Shown here one piece after another: positions 20,426 to 29,718 of a stretch of 47,271 nucleotides of DNA. The DNA comes from Candidatus Bathyarchaeota archaeon. Lineage in GTDB: Archaea > Thermoproteota > Bathyarchaeia > 40CM-2-53-6. The stretch spans positions 1 through 47,271 of the forward strand of contig CAVPLU010000017.1 in the NCBI GenBank assembly GCA_963706285.1, read 5' to 3'. Below the pieces are notes generated by a model. That model was not told the DNA's origin. It worked only from the letters and a program-made list of their open reading frames with translations, and ran no database searches. Within the stretch, counting starts at the first letter, position 1, and every line of letters begins with the position of its first letter. A program made the translations under genes and the position numbers.

Positions 20426-22036
20426 GTGGATCTTGTGGCGGCTAGTGAGTTGTCAAATGCATTGTTCGGAGGCACGGTGCTTGCACTGGCGTTGCTGTTC
20501 TACGCTACAGATTTGCTATGTCTTCTTAGGGCCAGACTTCGCGCCGGGTATTATCTATCGACTGCGGCCGGATCGCTGACCATCTTTGCGTCCTTGTTGT
20601 CCACTTACTTCTTCATGTCCGACAACTTCGCACTAAAGGCCGTGTATGAGCACAGCTCCACATCGCTTCCGCCGCTCCTTAAGTTGTCAGCCTCTTGGAC
20701 AGGGCCCGGGGGATCTCTTCTCATATGGCTCACGATTATGACTATTGCCACGCTCGCTTTTCGGTTCCCGAAGAGGCACTCAACGAACAATGAGCGAGTC
20801 TCTAGCATCATAATGAGCTTCTTCACAATAGTTGTCCTTGTCTTCACGTTACTGGCGGATCCGTTCAGGCAGCTTGGTGTCTCTGTTCCAGATGGGTTGG
20901 GGCAGAGCCCGTCGCTTCGGACGTTCTGGAGCGTGCTGCATCCTCCTTTGGTCTTCGCGGCGTATACTGCAATACTACTCTCTTATGCAATCATCTTGGG
21001 CAGAAGGTGGAGACCGAAAACAGAAGCAGAATCATACTCTGCGGATGATAGAATGCTTTGGGCTTCATGGATTCTACTATCGCTGGCCATCTCTTTGGGA
21101 GGGGTTTGGGCCTACGAGACTTTGGGATGGGGGGGTTACTGGGCTTGGGATCCCATAGAGACGGCCGCCCTGATCCCTTGGCTCTCCTTGACGGCTCTCT
21201 TGTTCGCAAAACATCTAGGTCTAGGAGGAGACTACGATTTGTTTTCCATCACCTTCTCAGCCTCAGCCGTATTCTTCACCATCTACGTTGCCAGAGCCGC
21301 AGCGTCTCCCAGTCTACATGGATATGGCTCCTTCACTGGAGGGATCTTCATTCTCGTCATGGCGATTTTGCCAATGCTCATATCACTTGTGACTGCAAGA
21401 AAGATCCCATTCCATCATTACAACCATGCAAGGAAAAACGATCTCTTCACAGAGTTGGCATTCTGGTCGCTGATCTTCATAGGGTGGGCAAATCTGCTTC
21501 TCCTCTCTTACGAGTCCTTCGCCTCGCTGTTCGGCGTGGTTGTCCAGCCCAGTCCTCTATTACACAACTATGTTAGTTTCCCAATGTTGATTGTTTTTCT
21601 CACCGTGGTGATCGCCAAATCCATCAAGAAGCACCCGAGCACCGCAGTTGCGGTCTTCTACTTCGCGCTTCTTCTAATGGTAGGTGTAGCGATCTATTCG
21701 CTTAGGGTCCTAACGGGAAACCTTCTGGCCGATGTTGGAATGCTGTTCGTCTTTGTACTGCTTGCAGCCGCGGCATATCGTCTGATTGACTACGCGTTCA
21801 GACGCCCAAGGTCCTTGCATCGATACTTGAGCTTCAGATTCCTCATCTTCTTCGGGCTTGCTCTTCTTCTATTTGGCGTGTTTGTTAGCTCGTCAATGCA
21901 ATCCTCTGCGACAGCGACCGTTTCCGCAGGCGAAGACTTCAACGCATCAGGATTGAAGCTAGAATCGCGGCCAATCCGAAAGTTGAGCAGGGAATCACTT
22001 ACATCTAGCGTCGGAGATGGTAAGGTACCTCTATGA
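20426..22036 (+). CDS. ccmF: Cytochrome c maturation heme lyase CcmF (System I), possibly C-terminally truncated
   Basis: SASWTGPGGSLLIW, DGLGQSPSL...HPP and the WWD motif WAYETLGWGGYWAWDPIETAALIPWL, SLH. Confidence 0.9.
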   Translation: MDLVAASELSNALFGGTVLALALLFYATDLLCLLRARLRAGYYLSTAAGSLTIFASLLSTYFFMSDNFALKAVYEHSSTSLPPLLKLSASWTGPGGSLLIWLTIMTIATLAFRFPKRHSTNNERVSSIIMSFFTIVVLVFTLLADPFRQLGVSVPDGLGQSPSLRTFWSVLHPPLVFAAYTAILLSYAIILGRRWRPKTEAESYSADDRMLWASWILLSLAISLGGVWAYETLGWGGYWAWDPIETAALIPWLSLTALLFAKHLGLGGDYDLFSITFSASAVFFTIYVARAAASPSLHGYGSFTGGIFILVMAILPMLISLVTARKIPFHHYNHARKNDLFTELAFWSLIFIGWANLLLLSYESFASLFGVVVQPSPLLHNYVSFPMLIVFLTVVIAKSIKKHPSTAVAVFYFALLLMVGVAIYSLRVLTGNLLADVGMLFVFVLLAAAAYRLIDYAFRRPRSLHRYLSFRFLIFFGLALLLFGVFVSSSMQSSATATVSAGEDFNASGLKLESRPIRKLSRESLTSSVGDGKVPL

Positions 22037-23843
22037 TGACTCGTTGAAAGCCGAGCTCCCTTCGGCGATATAGAAGAGCGCTTCTGATCAGTCGAGCACG
22101 CTGATTGTGAAGTAAGCTTTGCCACCACTTTGCTGGAATCCATTCCGGTAGCACGACTGCAGCTAACTGTCCATCATTGTATTGTTCATCGATCTTGTCC
22201 AGAAATTCCATGAAGGGCGCAACGATCGAGCGGTAAGGTGAGGGCAAGATTACCAGCGGTACATCGGGCCACCGGCGCTCCCAATCCCTGCGAACATGTT
22301 CCCCGGCGCCTGGCTCTAACTCCACGTAGACCGCTGTGACGTTCTTGGAGATTGCCCTGGCATAATTGATAGCATCCACCATACCACGATTAACTCCAGC
22401 TACTGGAACGACTACCCTAGTCGGAAACGGTTCCGTCAATTGCCCGGGTAGTTCGCTCAGCGAGAGTTGTTTGTCAACTTCCTGATAGTGGTTGTAGACC
22501 TTGCAGAAACCAAACAGCAATATCGGAATCAAGAATACAATGATCCAAGCTCCTTCAACGAATTTGTTAACACCAACCACAATAAGGGTCACTCCTGTTG
22601 CCAAGGCTCCCACGCCATTTGTAGTGGCCTTTAATCGCCAACCCTTTCCCCGATTACGCAGCCAGTGAACAACCATGCCAATCTGCGACAATGTGAATGC
22701 TAGGAATACACCCACGGCGAAGAGTGGGATTAGCGCGTGTGTGTCACCGCTAAACGAGACGATCAAAACCCCCGTCCCAGCGGCTAGAAGTAAGATACCA
22801 TTAGCGAACACCAATCGATCTCCTAGATTCTTCAGTTGACGGGGTAGATATCCATCGGCTGCAAGAATCGCAGCCAGACGAGGAAAACCAGCGAAACTCG
22901 TGTTAGCAGCAACAGCGAGAATCAACATCGTACTTGCTTGAATAATCAGATAACCAGCACCGTTTCCAAGCAGTCGACGCGCTAGGGCTGACAAAATTGT
23001 CTCCTGCGGATTGGGGATCACCGCAAGAAGCTGCGTAAGTCCAATACTGCCAAGAAACAGGACGCCCATCAATACGGCCATGACAACAAGAGTCTGCCCA
23101 GCATTCTTGGATCTGGGGGGTCGAAATACAGGTACTCCATTGCTGATAGTTTCGATTCCCGTCAATGCTGTACAGCCAGTCGCGAACGTATGCAACATCA
23201 AGAAAAGCGTCAGAGGCTGGGTTGCTGGTAAGGCGGTGGCGGAGAACGATTCGGGGCCATTAATCAGGACTATTGAGGCGCCGTATGCAAGCATCGACAA
23301 GAATGCGAATAGGAACAGGTATACAGGAATCGCCATTGCGCTGCCGGTTTCACGGAGACCACGTAGATTGAGCAGAGTAATTGCAGCCAGAATCAAGAGA
23401 GATAGACCAACGCGGTGAGGCCACAACTGCGGAAAAGCGGAGATGATCGCTGCTAGGCCAGCTGTTAAGCTGACCGCTGCTGTTAGTAGGTAATCGATCA
23501 ACAAAGCGGCCGCTGACAACAATCCTGGAAATGGTCCTAGATTTTCTTTGGTGACTGAATACGAACCGCCGCCGGAAGGGTAAGCATGAACGGTTTGATA
23601 GTAGGATATGGCAACAATAGCCATCAGCATCGTGATTACGAATGCTATCGGTACAGATTGAACTAACCCAACGCTGCCAGCAGCGACCAACCCAAGATAG
23701 ATTTCCTGATTGGCGTAGCCGATGGAAGAGAGTGCATCTGGCGAAAATGCGGCGAGAGCCCGTATCTTGTTCAATTGCTTGTGCGCAATTTGCCTGGTGG
23801 GCAGAGGAGGCCCGGTGATCAGATGTTTCAGCCAATCCCACAT
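22005..23843 (-). CDS. APC-superfamily transporter, KimA/YdaO (K+ uptake)-like
   Basis: FSPDALSSIGYA, YPSGGGSY, GCTALTGIETISNGVP, AANTSFAGFPRL, LIPLFAVGVF and a cytoplasmic tail with SPYRSIV and WWQSLLHNQ. Confidence 0.88.
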   Translation of the reverse strand: MWDWLKHLITGPPLPTRQIAHKQLNKIRALAAFSPDALSSIGYANQEIYLGLVAAGSVGLVQSVPIAFVITMLMAIVAISYYQTVHAYPSGGGSYSVTKENLGPFPGLLSAAALLIDYLLTAAVSLTAGLAAIISAFPQLWPHRVGLSLLILAAITLLNLRGLRETGSAMAIPVYLFLFAFLSMLAYGASIVLINGPESFSATALPATQPLTLFLMLHTFATGCTALTGIETISNGVPVFRPPRSKNAGQTLVVMAVLMGVLFLGSIGLTQLLAVIPNPQETILSALARRLLGNGAGYLIIQASTMLILAVAANTSFAGFPRLAAILAADGYLPRQLKNLGDRLVFANGILLLAAGTGVLIVSFSGDTHALIPLFAVGVFLAFTLSQIGMVVHWLRNRGKGWRLKATTNGVGALATGVTLIVVGVNKFVEGAWIIVFLIPILLFGFCKVYNHYQEVDKQLSLSELPGQLTEPFPTRVVVPVAGVNRGMVDAINYARAISKNVTAVYVELEPGAGEHVRRDWERRWPDVPLVILPSPYRSIVAPFMEFLDKIDEQYNDGQLAAVVLPEWIPAKWWQSLLHNQRARLIRSALLYRRRELGFQRVIIEVPYHLRR

Positions 23844-24113
23844 TTGCGGGTTCGCTCATCCCTTGTAGGAATATTGGACACCTATTAGGCTGCTATCGTT
23901 GCTGGTCTCCGGCGCCGCAAGAAGAAGACGTAAACAAATTCTCCACGACTTTCCATCCTTTTTTCAGGCGTTTTGTGGGTGTGGGTTGGCTGGTGCTGGA
24001 ATCCCGACTTGAATCGTCATCGTTCCTCGTTTGATTGGTGTGTGGGCTCGAGGTGCGGGCATGTAGAATTCGACCGTCGTTTGAAAGTTCGTGTGCGGCC
24101 AAAGCCCTCTGAG

Positions 24114-24629
24114 CTATTGGTGCATCCCGTCGTGGAACCACTTCACAAGTGAGACCTCGTTCGTGTTTTCCCGCTTCTCAACGTGGACGATACCTCGCTC
24201 CGAAAGCGCAGCGACGACCCTGTGCGTCTTCAATCTTGATAGATCGGCCTCTTTCGTGATGAACTTCTGCAGGTAGGTGCCTCCGTGAGCGTCGAGCACG
24301 CTGACTACCTTCCTCTCCTCGGGCTTGAGAGTTCTCAGGACTACCGAGATGGTGTCTCTCCCATTGCCTGATACGTAGTTCTTCATCTCGGGGAGCACGA
24401 GGAAGTAGATGACCCCCACCATGCTGGCGAGGACAGTGCTGAGAAAAAGGATGGATGAAAGCGGTATGAAGAAGGCGAAGTCCGGTGAGAAGCCGTGTGT
24501 TAGAATCCGCGCAAGCACGCTCAGAGGCGACTCCGTGGGAGCGAGGCTCAGGGCAAGGATGTACATGGAGACTGCAAGCCCAGAGGTCGCTGCCAGGAGC
24601 ATTATCAGCAGAACCTTGAGCTTCTCCAT
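24114..24629 (-). CDS. Membrane-anchored winged-HTH protein (archaeal membrane-bound regulator type)
   Basis: Two N-terminal TM segments followed by LKPEERKVVSVL...GGTYLQKFITKEADLSRLKTHRVVAALSERGIV. Confidence 0.8.
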   Translation of the reverse strand: MEKLKVLLIMLLAATSGLAVSMYILALSLAPTESPLSVLARILTHGFSPDFAFFIPLSSILFLSTVLASMVGVIYFLVLPEMKNYVSGNGRDTISVVLRTLKPEERKVVSVLDAHGGTYLQKFITKEADLSRLKTHRVVAALSERGIVHVEKRENTNEVSLVKWFHDGMHQ

Positions 24630-24710
24630 CTCGTCTGCTTCCTCATCTAGAGTTGGTTCCTCTCCCTCATTCGAGTCCGCCGGATCGATGTGGTTCTCTC
24701 GAAGCTGACC

Positions 24711-25124
24711 CTACTGGGTCGGTGGTTTCCACCTTAGGGTCAATATGCCCCCTGCTATCCCCAGAATCGCCCCTGCGATGAAACCTCCCAGGCCTAAGAA
24801 GCTCATAATTGAGAAGACGAGTATGAGTACGCCCCAAGTCCTCCGCTGACTCGAATTCGTTAGAAGCATCACCGCGGATACTAGCACTATGACTCCCGAC
24901 ACAAGCCCAAACAATCCCATCACTCCAACCATGCCGGACACGAGACCTGGCATACTGGCGCTAGTGAGGCGTGGTGGCGTGGTGAGGTTGGAGTAGTCGA
25001 GGTTCGGGAGGATGAAAGCGGAGACGGCCATAAACAAAATCCCGCCCAGCATTATCAGGATACCGCCCACGAGAGCGAGTATCGAAGCAGTTTTCGGATA
25101 ACTTGATGTTGTCTTTTGTGTCAT
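24711..25124 (-). CDS. Small multi-pass membrane protein (DUF6114-like)
   Basis: Four Gly-rich TM segments ending LGGFIAGAILGIAGGIL. Confidence 0.7.
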   Translation of the reverse strand: MTQKTTSSYPKTASILALVGGILIMLGGILFMAVSAFILPNLDYSNLTTPPRLTSASMPGLVSGMVGVMGLFGLVSGVIVLVSAVMLLTNSSQRRTWGVLILVFSIMSFLGLGGFIAGAILGIAGGILTLRWKPPTQ

Positions 25125-25371
25125 TTCTCTTCAACCACGGAGGCAGTATGGGATTGATGGGAGAAATAGGTTCGGTGAAACGATCTTGATACAGTCTTCC
25201 ACGTCGCTGAAACGATAATGAACATGAGTCATTTCAAGTCCTAAGCTAAACCGATATGTTGCAGTGGATAACGCGTATTTCATCTGCTAAAAAGAAGATA
25301 CAAGTCTGCGCATAAATTCGACAATTGATATTCTGATTATCCCTCTAGATGTTTTGCAGTATTGTGCTCCT

Positions 25372-25932
25372 TCACGCAGCCGACTCGTAGCACAGCAAGA
25401 CATTCCCATTGCCGAAGGTCCGCGTCTTTGTCAACTTCAGGGTCAGCTTCTCTTTGATGCCGTCGAACATCGTCCTCCCCTTGCCAAGAACGATGGGATT
25501 CACCACCATCTGGTATTCATCGATTAAACCCTCCTGCGCCAATTGCGAAACAATCTGGCCGCTTCCAAAAATCACCATGTCCTTTCCAGGCTCCTTCTTC
25601 ATCCTTCGTATTTCCGCCGCCATGTCGTCCTTCACCAGCTTCGTATTGTTCCACGATGCCTTGTCCAGTGTTCTCGAAAAGACGACCTTCGGCAGACTAT
25701 TCATCCGTTCGGCAACAACAGGATCATCCTTGATCGCATGCGGTGTCGGCCAATAGCTTACCATGAGCTCATACGTGATCCTGCCGAACAATAGCTCGCC
25801 TCCGGCACTTGCATTCTCTTCAACAAATGCAAGCCACTCCGGATCCTGCTTGTGAACCCAGCTCATATCGCCGTTCACGTCGGTAAAGTAACCATCCAGC
25901 GATACATGATTGAAAACGATCAGTCTCCGCAT
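25372..25932 (-). CDS. Dihydrofolate reductase/RibD C-terminal family protein
   Basis: MRRLIVFNHVSLDGY, LLFGRITY, KVVFSRTL, GLIDEY...PIVLGKG. Confidence 0.9.
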   Translation of the reverse strand: MRRLIVFNHVSLDGYFTDVNGDMSWVHKQDPEWLAFVEENASAGGELLFGRITYELMVSYWPTPHAIKDDPVVAERMNSLPKVVFSRTLDKASWNNTKLVKDDMAAEIRRMKKEPGKDMVIFGSGQIVSQLAQEGLIDEYQMVVNPIVLGKGRTMFDGIKEKLTLKLTKTRTFGNGNVLLCYESAA

Positions 25933-26063
25933 ATTTCTTCCACTCTTCACTGCATAATCTTGGTAATCTTTAGGCTAAGCACATTTCGGTGTTGAATGCA
26001 AAGAGCGCTATGCCTTCTCTTTTCCATCGGCCGTCATCTCAGCAGAGTCGGGCAGCCTCGTCC

Positions 26064-26095
26064 TTTAATATGAGAGTCGCAGAAATAGCGGAGGT
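26064..26095 (+). promoter_or_regulatory. guaB TATA-like box and Shine-Dalgarno
   Basis: TTTAATAT at 26064-26071 and GGAGGT at 26090-26095, upstream of the ATG at 26104. Confidence 0.5.
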
Positions 26096-26103
26096 AATAA
26101 CAG

Positions 26104-27543
26104 ATGCCTGTCCCAATTAGGGATGCGCTGACTTTTGACGACGTGCTACTAGTTCCCAAACGCAGCTCAGTTCATTCAAGAAAAGACGTGGATCTTTCAA
26201 CGAGGCTCAGCAGGAATATCAAACTCAATATTCCGATCGTGAGCGCGAACATGGATACCGTCACCGAGTCATCCATGGCCATATCGATGGCGCACAACGG
26301 CGGAATCGGCATCATTCACCGTTTCATGTCCATGGAACACCAAGTCGAAGAAGTACTGAAGGTTAAGCGATCAGAGAGCGTGATCATCGAAGAGCCATAC
26401 ACAATTTGGCCAAGCGCCACAATGGCTGACGCAAAGAGGCTGATGCAAGAGAAAGGCGTAAGCGGACTACTCGTGGTTGACGCCAACAAGAAACTGGTCG
26501 GCATTATCACTGCCCGCGATCTGCTGTTCGAAGAGAACGACTTGAGCAGAGTCTCCGAACTGATGACGCCGATGAAGAGTCTTCACACGGCTCGAGCGAA
26601 TACGTCGATTGATGAGGCGAGGCAATTACTGCGCAAATACAAAGTTGAGAAGCTTCCACTAGTTGACGACGAAGGCCATCTTCATGGTTTAATCACAAGC
26701 AAGGATATGGTGACGATTGCGGAGTCGCCGCAAGCTTGCAAGGATTCCAAGGGTCAGCTCCTTGTTGGAGCAGCGGTCGGCATAAAGGAAGGCTACCTTG
26801 AGAGAGCACGAGCCCTCGTCGACGCAGGCGCTGACGCGCTAGTAGTCGATGTCGCACACGGCCATTCTGACAGAGTCCTCAACGTGATTCAGAAACTGAA
26901 GAAGGAGCTCAGTCAAGTTGACGTGATCGCTGGGAACGTGGCAACGCCTGAAGGAACAAAGGATCTAATCGCAGCAGGCGCCGACGCTGTGAAGGTTGGG
27001 ATTGGCTCAGGATCCATATGCATAACAAGGATCGTTACCGGGGCGGGAGTGCCACAATTGACAGCTGTTCTCGAATGCGCTGAAGCCGCGGAAGCGTCAA
27101 GGATTCCAATAATCGCAGACGGTGGAATCAGAAACTCAGGAGACATCACCAAAGCACTCGCGGTAGGCGCTTCAAGCGTAATGATAGGAAGCATGCTAGC
27201 GGGAACCGAGGAAAGCCCCGGCGTCACGGTCATGCGCAACGGTAGAAAATACAAACTCCACAGAGGAATGGCTTCTGTTGGAGCTTCAATGAAACGTGGA
27301 ACACAGGAAGCAGAAGACGAAGCAGCGCTCCTAGAGTATGTGGCAGAAGGTATCGAAGCATTCGTACCATACAGAGGCGCCTCTCACGAGATAATCGCTC
27401 AGCTGACAGGCGGCATCCGCTCCGGGCTGAGTTACAGCGGCGCGAGAACACTTGCCGAATTGCGTCAGAATGCGTCGTTCGTGCGTTTGACTTCTGCAGC
27501 GCTCAAGGAAAGCTATCCACACGACGTCGAAAGCATCGACTAG
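26104..27543 (+). CDS. guaB: IMP dehydrogenase with CBS pair
   Basis: [23 protein letters not shown] domains, DVAHGH, the active-site [19 protein letters not shown] and RGMAS. Confidence 0.97.
   Translation: MPVPIRDALTFDDVLLVPKRSSVHSRKDVDLSTRLSRNIKLNIPIVSANMDTVTESSMAISMAHNGGIGIIHRFMSMEHQVEEVLKVKRSESVIIEEPYTIWPSATMADAKRLMQEKGVSGLLVVDANKKLVGIITARDLLFEENDLSRVSELMTPMKSLHTARANTSIDEARQLLRKYKVEKLPLVDDEGHLHGLITSKDMVTIAESPQACKDSKGQLLVGAAVGIKEGYLERARALVDAGADALVVDVAHGHSDRVLNVIQKLKKELSQVDVIAGNVATPEGTKDLIAAGADAVKVGIGSGSICITRIVTGAGVPQLTAVLECAEAAEASRIPIIADGGIRNSGDITKALAVGASSVMIGSMLAGTEESPGVTVMRNGRKYKLHRGMASVGASMKRGTQEAEDEAALLEYVAEGIEAFVPYRGASHEIIAQLTGGIRSGLSYSGARTLAELRQNASFVRLTSAALKESYPHDVESID
26969..27543 (+). 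repeat. Direct repeat copy 1 (3' 575 bp of guaB)
   Basis: Aligns by eye with 40677-41254 from TCGCAGCAGG to the stop codon. Confidence 0.95.
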
Positions 27544-27574
27544 TCGACGGACAATCCAGACGAACATAAAAGAA

Positions 27575-28004
27575 CTAAGACAAGTCCTCGTTGGTCAATA
27601 TTCGAGCGCCGATTTCGTGCAAGCGTCTCCTCAGTCTTCTTCTGATCATCCGTCCTAAGTATCAAGCCCAAGCTGCCACTGATGAAAGAGGATGTTGAGT
27701 AAGCGTAATCGATATTTAATCCGATTTCACCCAGCTTCTCTGCAATACTCGACAGTTTGACTTCGTTCGTGATTAGAACGCCTGTGACCTCGACATTCTT
27801 CTTCGATTTGGCAAGACTAAGACCGCAGCTCTCAAGATGTTTAGCCACTTTTTCAGGTTCAGATACAATGAGTCGAATGAGCCCAAATTCTCCAGCCTCC
27901 GCAATAGAGAGAGCAAACACCTTGAAGTCTTCAAGATCCGCAAGCACCTGCGCCATCTTTCCCGGCTTGTTTTCCATGAATACACTTAGTTGATGAAGAG
28001 TCAT
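27575..28004 (-). CDS. ACT-domain protein (type commonly linked to paaK/ior); frameshift near the 3' end
   Basis: MTLHQLSVFMENKPG...ALSIAEAGEFGLIRLIV...NIDYAY. The corrected tail GARILTNEDLS* ends at 27575. Confidence 0.85.
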
Positions 28005-28097
28005 ACCGCGCCACACCGAGTTGTAGAAACTCAACCTATCTTATATTTGATTGCCACTAGCTAAGTCAGCCAACTCGAAATGAACTGAACGACGAGA

Positions 28098-28871
28098 GTG
28101 CGAGCCTTGCTAAGATGTGTCGATGTTGCCAAGAGCTTCGGCGGTCTCCAAGCTTTGAAGTCTGTGACCCTGACGGCAGATGATCAGAAGATCACCGGAA
28201 TCGTAGGACCAAACGGGTCCGGTAAGTCAACTCTCATGAAGCTGATCAGCGGATTCTATCGCCTCGACAGCGGGGACATCATCTTTGACGGACGCAAAAT
28301 AACGAACCTTCATTCACATGACATCTGCAGGTTGGGGATATCAAGAACTTCACAGATTGTTCAAGCCTTCTACGGAATGACCGTACTAGAGAACGTTCTA
28401 GTAGGTTCGACTTTCGGAGCAGCAAACAGAGTTCCCGCATCCGACCGTAGGCAAGCGGCCGAAGAGACGCTAAGCATGGTCAACTTCCCACCTGAAAAGA
28501 TCAACAGCCTTGGAAGTGATCTCACAATAGCTGAACTCAAGCGGGTTCAACTCGCAAAAGCTCTCGCCAGCAAACCGAAGCTTCTGCTCCTCGACGAGCT
28601 CCTAACCGGCCTCAACCCCACAGAATCTGATAAAGAGATCCAGCTCATCAGGAAGATCAGTACCCTCGGAACCTCAATCATAATCGTCGAACATGTAATG
28701 CGAATCATCATGGGATTGTGCGACAAGGTGATCGTACTTCAGCACGGAGAAAAAATAGCAGAGGGGACTCCCCAGGAAATCTCCAAGAAAGATTCTGTTG
28801 TAAAGGCGTACCTAGGAAGAAAGTATGCGCTCCACGAAGACAACAACGTCGCCCAAGGAGTCACAAAGTAA
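28098..28871 (+). CDS. livG: Liv-type ABC transporter ATP-binding protein (LivG-like)
   Basis: GPNGSGKST, LLLLDE, IVEHVM, AEGTP...AYLG. Confidence 0.9.
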   Translation: MRALLRCVDVAKSFGGLQALKSVTLTADDQKITGIVGPNGSGKSTLMKLISGFYRLDSGDIIFDGRKITNLHSHDICRLGISRTSQIVQAFYGMTVLENVLVGSTFGAANRVPASDRRQAAEETLSMVNFPPEKINSLGSDLTIAELKRVQLAKALASKPKLLLLDELLTGLNPTESDKEIQLIRKISTLGTSIIIVEHVMRIIMGLCDKVIVLQHGEKIAEGTPQEISKKDSVVKAYLGRKYALHEDNNVAQGVTK

Positions 28872-29572
28872 TGTTACAGGTACAAGGAATCTCCGCACAC
28901 TACGGTTCGGTGCAAGCACTGTGGGACGTTTCGTTCAATATCGCTGAAAAAGAAATCGTGACCATAATTGGACCAAACGGAGCTGGAAAATCCACCCTAG
29001 TGAAGACTATAGCCGGTCTGATCTCAGCATCGAGCGGAGAAATCCAATTCATGCAAGACAGAATAGACAGGCTCCGACCATACGCAATAGCCAGAAGAGG
29101 CATATCGCTGATACCAGAAGACAGAGACATTTTTCCGAAAATGACAGTCCTGGACAATCTCCTTCTCGGCGCCTACAGAAGAGGCCAGCGCGACGCAAAA
29201 GACTCATGCGAATGGGTATTCCAACTCTTCCCTGTACTCAAAACCAAGTCGAAGAAGAAGGCCCAAACACTCAGCGGGGGAGAACAACAGATGCTGGCAA
29301 TAGCCCGCAGCCTCATGTCAAAACCGAAACTACTCATGCTTGATGAGCCATCACTCGGTCTCGCGCCAATTCTCGTCGATGAGATTATTGATACGATAGC
29401 TGAAATCAACGAAGAGGGCATGACTATACTCCTCGTAGAGCAAAACGTGCAGGAAGCCATGGAAATCGCTCATCGAGCGTATGTCCTTGAAGAGGGAAGA
29501 ATCACGCAGACGGGCACCCCCCACGATCTAATTAATGATGAGCGAATCAAGAGCGCATATCTTGGAATGTGA
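28871..29572 (+). CDS. livF: Liv-type ABC transporter ATP-binding protein (LivF-like)
   Basis: GPNGAGKST, LSGGEQQMLAIAR, LDEPSLGLAP, LLVEQN. Confidence 0.92.
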   Translation: MLQVQGISAHYGSVQALWDVSFNIAEKEIVTIIGPNGAGKSTLVKTIAGLISASSGEIQFMQDRIDRLRPYAIARRGISLIPEDRDIFPKMTVLDNLLLGAYRRGQRDAKDSCEWVFQLFPVLKTKSKKKAQTLSGGEQQMLAIARSLMSKPKLLMLDEPSLGLAPILVDEIIDTIAEINEEGMTILLVEQNVQEAMEIAHRAYVLEEGRITQTGTPHDLINDERIKSAYLGM

Positions 29573-29718
29573 AAGATGCGACAGACGATAAGTCTTAAGT
29601 AGACACTTGAATGGAACCGCTCGGAACGCTGAACAATGAGTTGAACTTGTTTGACAGTTGACCTCCGAACTCGCAAGAGTCAGAGCAACGCGCTTTCGTA
29701 CTCAGTAGAAAATGGATT

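Noticed and set aside
23844-24110. c-di-AMP (ydaO) riboswitch upstream of the KimA-like transporter
   Set aside because: The conserved GCTGAA/GGGG/CCCGAA/GTCAGCTAAC elements are not visible on the minus strand.
28718-28870. N-terminal extension of livF
   Set aside because: It overlaps livG. LivF homology begins at ATG 28871.
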